Assembly (NCBI GenBank): GCA_964019425.1
Contig: OZ025785.1
Coordinates: forward strand, 1,488,001-1,552,000
Direction: 5' to 3'
Origin: Flectonema sp. DT1601
Lineage: Eukaryota
DNA length: 64,000 nt
Shown here: piece by piece, positions 45,092-56,527 of the stretch
Position numbering within the stretch: position 1 is the stretch's first letter
Layout: each line of letters opens with the position of its first letter
Made by a program: the position numbers and the translations under genes
The notes under the pieces: generated by a model
Seen by the model: only the letters and a program-made list of their open reading frames with translations
The model's database searches: none
Told to the model about the DNA's origin: nothing

Positions 45092-47214
45092 ACTAACTAT
45101 ATTCATCATACGTAAAATATTTAAAACGATAAACCGGGTTACCCACACCCCCGCGTCCATCAGTTTTCCGACTTGCTAGCCACTCAGTACCATTCATTGG
45201 TTTCCCACGTACATTGATATTAAGTGCCAAGAGACTAACCAACTTCCTTTGCTGAGATAAGATTTGAGTCTCTGATAGAGAGTATTGTCTGAATAGTTTC
45301 TTTTTTTTTTTTTTTTTTTTCTCTCAATTTTTTATCCCTCGAAAAAAAAAAAAAACTTATCAAAAAGATTATATTTTTTATTAGATGGTCCTTACGGATT
45401 TTTATTTGATTTAATTTATTGACTCTTCCTTTAATACTAACTGCTACTAAACAATATAACTAGGCAGGTATCGATGTTATTCTTTATCCCACTTTTTTTC
45501 CCGAACGATTGTTGAAACAAAGGTGACCTAATTACTATGGAAGAGTCTTAGCATTGAAAGAGTGTGTTGTAAAACTATATCACTGTGTTTTGTGTTTGTT
45601 ACTTAGTAACAAAAAAAATAGAATTTTCATTTGGAACATCTCGTGTGAAATGTTAATGACTACCTTCGGGTTTCTCGCCCTAAAGCTTTTCTCTTTGAAC
45701 GGTTGAGTATAATGGTAACCCGAATTCAGAAAGAAAACTCTTTCTAGTTTTATTCGTGAATGTGAATCGGTGTGTTGTTGTCGGGTATCCAGACCCCTCG
45801 TAGTCATCAGTTCTGGAATGTGCAAACTGACTACTCGCCCTTCGAAGTCAAAATACGCTAATTTAGTTTGCTATACTGATGGTTAGCTGTACGACGACTG
45901 CGTGTGTAGTTACATTTCTGTTTAATTGTGCGTGATGAGATGAAAATGAAAAAAATTTAAAGGGGGGGGGGGGGGGGGAGGAGAACTTCTATTTTTTTTT
46001 ATTGATACAAAAAATAAAAATAGTATTGTGCGTCGTCTTTCTTTCCCTTTTAAACGATTGTGGTGTGCATATATATTTTTTTCTTTTTTTTTTTTTTTTT
46101 CCCGTCATTCTTATTTGAATTGAGGCTGCTGAATCGAGGTTATCAGCAGCAGTGTTTGGATTAATTGTTTTACATGATGCAGCAAAGATAATATAAGGAA
46201 TAAAATAATAAGAACGCTTACTCTTCTCTAGGTAGGCAATTGATTTATTGATACGCTTCCGTGTCATTTAGACCAACGACTGAGATTGTCTTTGGAAGTA
46301 GTTTTCTATATTTTTTTTATTGTTTTTTTTTTTTTTTTGTCAGAATAATTAGTTTTTTCAGATATAATTAAAAACCAAATTCTGTTCTCAAAATGTAGAG
46401 ATTTCTGAGAGAGATTTTGGTATAAACGTATAAGTAATAATGAGAAGCCAAGCTACTACTGAAATGAAGGTTTCAGTGGTGACTTCCTCTGAATGTTGGA
46501 CTTGGATCTCACACAATAACGAACTTTCTCTCATTTTTTGTAACACAAAACCCCGAATGTTGAGGTAGCTAACCGACGTTTTCTTTTCCCATTTCGTCGT
46601 TTGTTTAACAAACGCTTTTTTGCGAGCTCTCTGTGAGCTCGTTTGCAATAATTTTACTTTTAGGCAGAGTCTAAGAAACAGTTTCTCCAGCAAGTGATAT
46701 TATCGGTATCGGATAGTGCTTGCGGCCTGTGCTTCTTTTATTGGCTTGTTGTAATAATAAACGTGTGCAATGTTGGACTCCCTGATTGTTTTTTTTTCTC
46801 GCTCTTTCTTCTTCATATTCTTCTTCTCTCCTGTTCTTCTCTTTTGTTGTATTTAGTGTATACAAATTAAGAATCATCAGCGTGAGTTGGAGTTTTTTAA
46901 GAAAACACTCTCTAGTTTCGTTAGTTTTGATTTATTCGATTTATTTCGTCTTGTTTTTTATTTTATTTTGTTTTATTTGGATTCGTCTTAAAAAGTGTTT
47001 TCCTGCGCACTAAAGCAATAGAATGAAAAAAAAAAAAAAAAAAAAAAGAAAGGTGTTAGCAAATTTTTGTTCAGTAAAATAGCCCCTCCCATCCCCTTGT
47101 GTTTATTATTAAGATAATTCTTATTGACTACATGTCTTAGGGATGCTGGTTGTTGTTCTGGGTGACAGCTGATTCGCTCAGAATTTTTTTGTATACATTA
47201 AGTTTCGGTGTCTA

Positions 47215-47613
47215 GTAGACCCTGAGTAGTCGCGTGATTCGTGAGGCTACAAGCTTTGTACGTGTCAAGTTTCGCACTCCCCTTATTTTGTATTAATACC
47301 TGAAGTTGTTCCCCAATGTTATAGTGTAAATGTTAAGTACTCTACCTATACTAACATTACATTTGGTCAACTGTATCGTAGCTGAAGTTTATTTTAGTTA
47401 ACTCTGGTGCAATTAATTTCTTATTTCATACTTTGAGCATTCGATCCCCCGTATGACATTATATGTCATGTGAGATGCCTTCTTACTGTCTACGTGTTTT
47501 TTAAGGTTGGTTGTCGCTCTGAGTATGCTGCGAGTCTTTTATTCTCATTGTCGACTTATAGTATCAGTTTCCATAGTAGACACTGACGGGTCGCGTGATT
47601 CGCGAGACTACAA
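47215..47613. repeat. Two diverged ~38-bp direct repeats with internal dyad symmetry (47215-47252 and 47576-47613)
   Basis: gtagaccctgagtagtcgcgtgattcgtgaggctacaa versus gtagacactgacgggtcgcgtgattcgcgagactacaa. Each is followed downstream by tttc[ga]cactc and taatacct. Confidence 0.75.
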
Positions 47614-47962
47614 AAAACATTTTTTTTTGTAGGATCGCAACTGTTTCACTCATACTATTATTATGAGATGAATATATAATATAGTAATACCTTATGGCTT
47701 AGTTTTTTTCTTTATTTAATAAGTGACCAGCAGAACAACAAAAAAAGCTCTCTAATTTGATTTTTTTTTTTTTTTTTAACAACTTTATTTTCATTCACTC
47801 CACTGTTGATGTGAACCAACAATCTTCAATACGATGTCTGATTACATACGTATATTCATTTAGACAGTTGTTTACGAGTTCATTGTTAATGTCATTGCTG
47901 CAGTGTTTTGGTTGAGTTACTTCATTTCTTCTCATTTTAGGAAAATAAGACTTCATAATAAT

Positions 47963-48525
47963 ATGGCAAACGTAAAGGCTCCCTGCACATGGGCGCAACG
48001 CAAAGATAAGTTATTCTTAACAGTTGAGCTAAAGGATACGAAGGATTTAAATGTAGTTTTTGAAGAAGAGAAAATTAAATTTTCTGTTGAAGGTGTTCGT
48101 GCTGGAGCTGACAGTACGAAGTATGAAATGGAATTAGAGCTCTTCGGGAAGATCAAACCCGAAGACAGCTACTACAGAGCTACAGATCAAAAGATTGAGA
48201 TCGTCGGAATTAAAACAGAGTCTGGTCCACATTGGGACAAATTACTAACACAACCAACAAAGTTAACGAAAACATGGCTGACTACTAACTGGTCACTCTA
48301 CGTTGAGGAAGAAGATGAAGATGAAGAAGGAAATAAAGGAATTGAAAAGTATGTTATTTGATGTTAGATGTTATCCAACCATTATAATTAAATCATTAAA
48401 ACTATCACAGCTTTGGAGGGTATGGAAATAAGTCTAATCTCCTAACTCAAGACATAGATAGTGATGATGAAGGTGGAGTTGCCGACCGCCCTGGAGATAT
48501 ATCGGACATCATGGAAGATAACTAA
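47963..48525 (+). CDS. p23: p23/Sba1 HSP90 co-chaperone (CS domain); exons 47963-48348, 48411-48525
   Basis: PCTWAQRKDKLFLTV, WDKLL, WLTTNWSLY and an acidic tail. Intron 48349-48410 (GTATGT..TCACAG) joins to NFGGYG...DSDDEG...*. Confidence 0.93.
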
Positions 48526-48772
48526 GATAAAATAATGAATGCCCCCCCAACTACTAGCTTTTTAGATTATAATTTTAGCGTTTTATATTAGTGTGACGGG
48601 ACGCTTCTTCCTTAAGTAAGGAGATAATATCCGTTTTTTTTTTTTTTTTTTTTTAAATTCTGTTTTTTACAGTTTTATTCAAAGTAATAAAAAAAAAAAA
48701 AAAAAAAATGTTTATTTTATTACCCACAGGGTGTTATCACATTCATTCATCATTTCCCAGTATTATAAAAAA

Positions 48773-51637
48773 ATGTCTCAGGATGTTAAGCTTGATATCG
48801 GGAACCAGTACGGATCAGCATTCTGCAATTTAAACAAAACAAAGCTTCTCTCACTAATGGCAAAAGGGATGGCATACGAAACTCCTCGAGGTGATATAAA
48901 AGGAGAAGAAGCTTATCAAAAACTATGGTGGAGCTGGTGGGAAATGGTATCGGACAAGAGTTCCCTTATCTTAATTGGAGTTGTTGTACTTCGAACAGGA
49001 GCAATAAACGTAAAATTGAGTATCGGAGGAATGCAAGTGAAAGACAGACTTTGGCTGAATGACAACAACAAAGTTGTTACCGTTGTAAGAGACGTCGGAG
49101 AAGAATCGATGCCGTCAACACTGGAGCGTCAACTGGAGGTCGAAACAACTAAACTGCAGCAGCAATTACTGGCTTCTCGGCCGCGAACGAGAAACGCACG
49201 GGGCCTACTGCAAAATGCAACACTCAAACTTGGTGCTGCTCGTCGTTTCTGTGGTCCGCGCCTGGCACATCAACAAGATGTAGTTCTTGAAATCGAAGAA
49301 TTGAAACGTGACTTTGAAGAGAAAGAAAAGCTGTGGGAGAAAGTCATCCAGAAAAAAGATCAGCAGCAGACACTCACACTAGCCCGTGAACAGGCTCACG
49401 TGACAATGCTGCGGGGAAAAGTTGAAAAGATGTACAGAGAAATGGAATCTCTGGTTATAAAGTGTTCCTCAAGGTCTCAGAACATGGCAGCTCCATTAGC
49501 TGCAACTTACTACAGCAACTTGCAGTTGTCGAGTCTAGCGAATCAAAGTGTTAATAAGCAAGCACCTCCGGCACAGCACAGTGACAAGGAAATAATGAAA
49601 TTTAAAATGAAGCTACAAGAAGAAATGAAACACTTTATGATTCCAGGAAACAGAATAAGTGATGATCAAGACTACAGCGACTCAGACAGTCAGACATCAC
49701 TTACGGATCACCGACACGTACCATCAAGAATTGATATTACCATTAGCAGAGAATTAAGAAAAAGCAGACCTCCGCCACCAGCTAATTTAAAAATACCGAG
49801 TCCTCCTCATAGCTCAAATACCCTCGGCAATGATGAAGTGATTGTTAATAAATCTGTTCTCGTAGAACTTGATGAGCTACGCAGTGCATCAGTTCAACTT
49901 AAACATGAAGTCTTAGATGCTCACAAACAGGCAGGTTTTCGAAGGAAGTACTCAAATTTCAACAGAGTACCGAGAATAATGAAAACAGAAGTTGACGTCG
50001 ATGCGGAAGATGACAACGGCAGTAGTTTTGGAAAGTCATTTCCGATTGTCGTCAATAACAAGATGGTGAGATCAGTTTCTGTAGTTCAAAGGAAGTCAAT
50101 GTGTGAAATAGAGAGAAAACCGTCGAGGGGGAAGATTCCCGTTACCAAGAGGTTTGGTGAGGATTCTGCTTTTAAACAAAAAATTAGAAAACTCTCCGAG
50201 TTCGACTTGAAATGCATCCCACAAGTAACGGAAGTCGAACGTGAGGATACTCGAGAATCTCCTCACCTTAGTGTATTTAATGAGTCTCCAGCTGGCTCTC
50301 CGTTACACGATCCAATCTTTGGCGATTTTGTTAGAAAACAGGAAAAAGAAGACGACACTAAATGTAGCACACTGAAGGTACTCAAAGATATACTAAATAC
50401 TGTCGCCTCTCTTAGTAAGCGAACCCGTCAATTCAAAGACCAAATCGCTGTCGCGATGTCTGGCGATAAAACTCCGGAGACTTTAGTAGAACGGGATGCC
50501 TGCAGACTTCGAATTCTCGAGAAGATATTAAAAGAAGACCAAAATAGTGAAAGTACAGCAGTTGGTAAAATGCTTCAGTCGGTTCTTGAAGACCTTCTTC
50601 AAACAGAAGGAAAGACAACAGCAGACGTTGCAGTGCAAACTGTTCCCAACAAAGTGCATATTTTACAAAGAAATAAGAATATGAAAAATGAGTCCCCAGA
50701 AAGGAAGCGCCAATCTGTATCTAAGAAGAAAGCCCCAGCGACTAGACTTGCACGGTTCAGAGAACAAAGGAACACACTTCAGGAGATGATTGGCGTTCCA
50801 AAAATACAACAAAACGGAGAGTCTGTTACAGAATCACAACATCTTCCTTCTGACAAACAGTCAGGTGATATCTTGAATGATCAAAGTCAAGGTGATGATC
50901 TTAAGTCATGGAAGGATGAATCCTCACCACTACCAGGTGATAATAAAAATAAAGAAACAACAGACGAATCAAACAAAGCAGCTGAGGGAAATACAAACAA
51001 CCAGCCATCAGAAACAAATCGAAAACAAAATAATAATTTGATTACAACGTCAGATGAATATCAAGATGAGCCCCCATCCTCTTCAATAAGAAAAGCTGTC
51101 ATCCAATTCTGTTATGTTTGCGGTGATGGTCCGTTTATTCACAACCGACCGCTGAAGTGTGAGGATTGTTCTGAAACATCAATTTTAACAAAAAGGAAAT
51201 CAGGATATGCAATTAGAAGACTCATCCAACTTGATCGGAAAGCATGTAAAGCAAAAGATATGTTCGACATGTTCAGAAAACCAGTAAAAGAAACAAGTAG
51301 AGGAAATCCAATTGAGAATCAACCAAATGAAAATCAGGAAATACTTCCTCCGCTTGTTGGAATGCAAAACGGAAAAGGTTTTGCTACTCAACAACATGAA
51401 ATAGTTCTTGACTTTGAGACGTACACTGCAATACAGAATACGATGGGAATTGTGTCGCTGCAGAAGCTCAGATGTCTTCCAATTATGTCAGCCACACCTC
51501 CGAATATTATTATAGCGGCTGCTGCTCGAGATGTTCTTCACAATCAAAACTTTTGTGATCCAGATTCCATTACACTTGAAGAGTTCTCACAGTTTTCTTA
51601 CGAACTCCGTAGAAGGTTACAGGAGTTGCCTTCATAG
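48773..51637 (+). CDS. Hypothetical ~954-aa protein: N-terminal NTF2/SnoaL-like domain, coiled coils, disordered middle and a C-terminal CxxC..CxxC ribbon
   Basis: AF...NKTKLLSLMAKGMAYETPRGDIKGEEAY...DRLWLNDNNKVV resembles SnoaL-like domains (tentative). CYVC...CEDC lies near the C-terminus. First ATG at 48773. Confidence 0.72.
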   Translation: MSQDVKLDIGNQYGSAFCNLNKTKLLSLMAKGMAYETPRGDIKGEEAYQKLWWSWWEMVSDKSSLILIGVVVLRTGAINVKLSIGGMQVKDRLWLNDNNKVVTVVRDVGEESMPSTLERQLEVETTKLQQQLLASRPRTRNARGLLQNATLKLGAARRFCGPRLAHQQDVVLEIEELKRDFEEKEKLWEKVIQKKDQQQTLTLAREQAHVTMLRGKVEKMYREMESLVIKCSSRSQNMAAPLAATYYSNLQLSSLANQSVNKQAPPAQHSDKEIMKFKMKLQEEMKHFMIPGNRISDDQDYSDSDSQTSLTDHRHVPSRIDITISRELRKSRPPPPANLKIPSPPHSSNTLGNDEVIVNKSVLVELDELRSASVQLKHEVLDAHKQAGFRRKYSNFNRVPRIMKTEVDVDAEDDNGSSFGKSFPIVVNNKMVRSVSVVQRKSMCEIERKPSRGKIPVTKRFGEDSAFKQKIRKLSEFDLKCIPQVTEVEREDTRESPHLSVFNESPAGSPLHDPIFGDFVRKQEKEDDTKCSTLKVLKDILNTVASLSKRTRQFKDQIAVAMSGDKTPETLVERDACRLRILEKILKEDQNSESTAVGKMLQSVLEDLLQTEGKTTADVAVQTVPNKVHILQRNKNMKNESPERKRQSVSKKKAPATRLARFREQRNTLQEMIGVPKIQQNGESVTESQHLPSDKQSGDILNDQSQGDDLKSWKDESSPLPGDNKNKETTDESNKAAEGNTNNQPSETNRKQNNNLITTSDEYQDEPPSSSIRKAVIQFCYVCGDGPFIHNRPLKCEDCSETSILTKRKSGYAIRRLIQLDRKACKAKDMFDMFRKPVKETSRGNPIENQPNENQEILPPLVGMQNGKGFATQQHEIVLDFETYTAIQNTMGIVSLQKLRCLPIMSATPPNIIIAAAARDVLHNQNFCDPDSITLEEFSQFSYELRRRLQELPS

Positions 51638-51891
51638 CTGTTATTAATTTATTTTTTATTTTTCTTCTCCTCCCGACTTGATTGTTGGGAATCAGTTAAC
51701 TACTCAGCTGATGCTTCCGCACTCGCTATCCAAATTTCAGATTCTCGGGCTGCCATTTCACTACTTTAACTTCATTCGTTAACAGCACAGAAGGATTAAT
51801 ATCAATTTATGAGGGAGATTGTTGTGGCAAAAGAAAGAGAAAGAAGGTTAATCTTTGATAATAATCCATCCTTCTTTTAGAATACAAAAAT

Positions 51892-52753
51892 ATGCTTCGG
51901 AAAGGGTTGGAGAAGCGGGTAATAACCCTGAAGAAGGAGAAGGAAGATAAGAACAGCGGTGGGAAGGTGTGAAATTATTACTTTAGTTGAGTTTAGAAAG
52001 AGATCTGTGGGAAAGGGGGAAAAAGGTTTTTGTGTGTCTTCGTAAAGGGTTTTCTGATTTCTATCAGGGACAGGACCAATGCAAAGTAATTCTGTATCCC
52101 ATAACAAGGATACTTAATAAGTTCTCAGACAAAAGAGAAACAAATTAAAAAAAAAAAACAGGCTGCTGCTGACATGAGATTAAATACAGACCTCGCTGAA
52201 ATCGATCTGACTAACTCCAGCGCCAAGCTCGAGATACCGAACCCAGACAATGTGAGGGAACTCATTTTGTCACTAACACCAAAAGAAGGATTTTATGAGG
52301 TGTGAGAAATTGATACCTAATATAATGGAAAACAACAAAAAAAATAAAAAATAAAAAACAGGGTGGAACATTCGTATTTCGTGTGTTGGTTCCTCACGAT
52401 TATCCCCACACACCTCCGAAAGTTCTTTACGACCTCTCTCTCAACACTCATAAACTATTTCATCCTAACATTGATGAAGACGGTAAAGTGTGCCTCAATA
52501 TATTGAGAGCTGAGTGGAGACCAGTTTTAACTCTAAAAGCTGTTATCTTTGGAATGGAGTTGTTGTTTATTGAACCCAACCCTGATGATCCTCTTAATAA
52601 GAAAGTATGTTTTCCTATTTAACTTTATAAAATTATTGTGTTGAAAACAAAAAGTTTTTACAAACCAACAAACAGGCTGCGAAACTTCTCCGTGAGGACA
52701 AGAGATCATTCACGAAAGTATGTCGCTCGTGGATGAAGGGAGACTACGTCTAA
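51892..52753 (+). CDS. UBC12: NEDD8-conjugating E2 enzyme Ubc12 (about 177 aa); exons 51892-51966, 52162-52299, 52362-52604, 52676-52753
   Basis: The spliced product has a basic N-terminal extension, AAADMRLNTDL, PKEGFYEGGTFVF, FHPNIDEDGKVCLNILRAEW, and EPNPDDPLNKKAAKLL. Three phase-0 GT..ACAG introns. The exon-1 donor could instead be 51919. Confidence 0.93.
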
Positions 52754-53357
52754 CAATGAAATTGTGAACAGATTGCGTGTTCTTCCGTACTCCTGTTTCG
52801 GTCTTGAATACGAACAATATTATTGAACAGGTGACTGAAATAGCAGCAGCTGCTGGCACCTATCCTACAGTTCAACAGCCGCAAACAGCTGACGTGTTTT
52901 CTCGGTACTGTGCACATACCTTGGATAGCTTTACAAGAAGTGTAGTGCTGCCAAACTTGTCTTTGGGGGGGAAAAAAAAAAAAAAAGGACTGAAGAATAA
53001 GGCACTTACCCGACATTGTTCTCGTGGTTTTGCGAATAAAACGAGAGAAAAGAAGCAGGCATAACCCGCCTGCTTATAAAGAAATTTAAACAAAGCCTTC
53101 TAGCATTTCCTATTCTTAGTGTGAGGTTGTTTAAGTCCAACAATGAAAGAAATTTATTTTCTTTTTAGGGACCTTTACAGAGAAAAGAAATAAAGAAACG
53201 AAAACTCCGAAAGAAAGAGAACAGACCCCTCAAAAAAAAAAAAGAAAAAATATTACATTACAGGTGAATTCCCTGCTAACCCTAAAATAGTAACAAGTGT
53301 GAGGCAACAGAGTAATTTATATTTTCATTCAGCTGGAGGGCGGGGGAGCTAAGAAAG

Positions 53358-54463
53358 ATGCACCTCTGGATACTGGGAGTGCTGTCCTCTGTCGTTGGGA
53401 CATTTAGTTCAGGTTTAGGAGACAACCTGGTACGGTATTCATATCGTCTGATCGAAGACTTTGATGAAAAACCACCTCCATGGAAAAGACCATTTTGGGT
53501 AACTGGATGGATGTTAACAACGATAATGGACACAGGTTGTAATGCTTTAGCTCTAGCACTAGCTCCAATGTCTCTCATAGTTCCATTTGGTGCGCTTCAC
53601 ATATTATGGGGTAGTGCATTCGCTGTGATCATAAACAATGAACCTCTCGGAAAGATTGGTCTTCTTGGAGCTGTTTTCATCGTTGCAGGTGTTGTGATTG
53701 TCTTGTTGAGTGCTCCTCGTGAAGATGAATCATTTACATTTGATGGGGTTCTTCACAAGTTGGATTCAGCAGGATTCTTAATCAGTCAGGGAGTTACAGC
53801 AATTGGTATAGTAGCTTGTGTTTGGGGTACTTCTAAGGGACCAGAGATTATTGTTCGATTTGTTACTCCTACCATCCCTGGTCTATTCGGTTCCAGCTCT
53901 AATCTGATGCTCAAATTAACTGAATCGTTAATTTCTAGCGACGGCCGCGGAGCTTGGGGTCGATGGGAATTCTGGCCCGTCCTCTTAGCTACAGTCTGCC
54001 TTGCTGTATGCCAGCTCCTCTCTCTTAACCACGCACTAGCTAATGTTCCGGCCTTTATTGCTATACCTATAGCTAATTCAGTTTTACTTGTAGGGGGTAT
54101 GTTGTGTTTTTATTTATGATGAGATTGTTAGGAATTGTAGTTGCCTTTTTTTTTCATACATTTTAAATGAAATAAAAGTAGAATTGCAGAGGATATTTAC
54201 AAAACACACCAACAGGTACCATCAACGGTTTGGTTTGTTTCTCGAATTCGAATTGGAGTTTTCTTCCATTCCTCGCTCTCGGTATTTCTGTTTGTGTTAC
54301 CGGCATTGCGATCTTGGCGTCGAAAGACCTGAGCGCCGCTCCTGTTTTGGATGTACTTGAAACTCCTGAAACTACTGAAGAAGACAGAAAGGGACTACTG
54401 AGCAGTGCGCAATCTACTTACAACACTAACGGTCACCAGACTTTGGATATTAATCCGGGATAG
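53358..54463 (+). CDS. NIPA-family Mg2+ transporter / DMT-superfamily membrane protein; exons 53358-54096, 54216-54463
   Basis: RPFWVTGW, ALALAPMSLIVPFGAL, NEPL and QLLSLNHAL, with about 9 hydrophobic helices. Intron 54097-54215 (GTATGT..CCAACAG) restores the last TM helix. Confidence 0.88.
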
Positions 54464-55564
54464 AGTCTACTGTGTGTTACTTGACGTTATCACTTCACTA
54501 GTAGTAGACTGTCGAGATCAGATTACCTGATCTCTCTATGTAGAAGTGTGTTGATTCACTTTCTTAATAGTCTGTTGTTATATTAACCACTCTCAACGAG
54601 TTATAATTCAACTCGCTTTCGCCTTGCGATAGTCAAACGTATTCGGTGATCTCAGAACATTAGACCTGAGTACTTCTGATCTAAGCTGATTACACAAAAA
54701 TAGAAAAAAAAAAAAAGGAAAAAATGAGAAAACCACTATGTGCATGCGATGCGTTAATATGGATACCAACTAATGTAGGTTGCAACGAATATCGTACTTG
54801 TTTTCACACTCGCGGGTTGAAAAGAGTGTAAATGTGATTCACGTTTCTTTGATTACGGCAAGTGATACCACTCACGAATGTGAGTCATCGCATTGTTATC
54901 GCTGTTGTTCCTGAAATACAGTGCTGGCGTTGCCTTTTCTCCCCCTTCTACCTAGCAATTATTTAAACTTAAATTGTAACGTCAGCCATGTATATTTTTT
55001 AAAAAACCCAATAAAAAAAAAAAAAAAAAAAAACTAATTATTTACTATTCTTTATGCCATCAGATTTTTCTTCAGAGACGGAGTAATTTCCTCTCTTAAG
55101 GGTTTTCTATTTGTCTCGCAGTACATCGAGGTATCGAACTCAATTGAACGATAAAGGTGTGTGAGGCAAACAGTGGTGTTATGTCGTTCGTATACTACTA
55201 TGTTCTTTTTATATGTCGCTTTATCTACGTGGATGGAGTGGGGGGGTTACTTTTGTTTTATTAGTTCTCTGTGTGATTTATTATTATTATTATTATTTCT
55301 TTTTTTTCGGTGATTTATATATGCAAGCAGTGGGACCAGCCGTGGTTGTCGTCGTTCAAATTTCATCACTTTTTTTTTTTTGGATGAGTCGTGATATAAA
55401 TAATAGTAATGATTTGGCTATTTTCCCCCCATTTTTTTCTTTTTTTTTTTTTTTTTTTTGCACCAGCGAAGTCGGAGAAGAAACTATTCAGAATTAAGAG
55501 CCGTTTTATTTATTATCCGTTCACCTCCTACCTGCGCAACGTACCGTAATATATATTCAGTCAG

Positions 55565-55840
55565 GTACTTCGATATTAATTTTGTTTTTAATACCTAAAG
55601 TTGTTACTATTCAAAGGTTCGCCCCAGAAGAACTGTCTGTGATACTGATAATACGTGGTCCCCGAATTACCAGATTCGACAACGTCTTCTGGTCGATAAG
55701 ACAAAAAAAGTGTAATTTTCCCTTTTTTTATGTTTCTTGTTTCTAAACTTACCTTTTCATTGATTAACAACTACAAAACATACTTTTTCAGCTAAGTACT
55801 TTGATATTAATTTTGTTTTTAATACCTAAAGTTTATTACT
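55565..55840. repeat. ~44-bp direct repeat pair (55565-55608 and 55796-55840)
   Basis: gtactt[ct]gatattaattttgtttttaatacctaaagtt is present twice, 231 bp apart. Confidence 0.9.
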
Positions 55841-56527
55841 GCTTTAAATAGTCAAAGTTTCACCCTCTTGTTGTTCCTTTGAGCTAATGAAATAATGCAG
55901 GCAGTGTTATATTACTCCCCTCTGTGCAGTTTAGTATAACTGTTTGTGATTTAATAAAACATAAGGCTTAATCTGAAAGTGGTTTTTTTTTATTTTTTGA
56001 TCGTAGTGGACTTTTCCCAGCAGCACCAATTTCACCAAAAAGAAAAAATATTCCAATAAAAAAAGGGGACTAAGGATTTATAGTAAATTCGAAAACATAA
56101 AACAACTCTTTTAATTGATTGAAAAAAAAAAAAGTAAAATATATAAATGAAAATTATCCCATGTGTCCTGCGTGGGACTTTCTATCTGCTTGCTATATAA
56201 GGCGAAAAATAAGTTACTTACGTTATATTATTTTATGTATTACGACTACCTCATTGCTTTGATTTATTTGTAATTAATAATAATTTGGTGTCGGAGGATT
56301 CTAGTTTTTTTTTTTTTTTTATATTATTATCAAAAACTTATTTTTTCTAAAAACCACAGGAGGGACTCTATGCTTCGTTTTCTTTTTTTGTTGTTGGTAG
56401 CTATTGCAACGCGACGGTTATTTTTATGCTTAATTTTTTTTTTTTTTCAGGTGTATTTTGGACTCCCCTTCCCTTGTCCATTTAAGACATCCTTTTTGGA
56501 AGAAAAAAGAGAAATTGGTGCCAAGAA

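Noticed and set aside
56370..56416. Alternative signal-peptide exon MLRFLFLLLVAIATR for the giant protein
   Set aside because: Its hydrophobicity comes from T-rich sequence, and ATG 56528 already supplies an in-frame signal peptide after a poly(T)-AG acceptor. Not fully excluded without cDNA.
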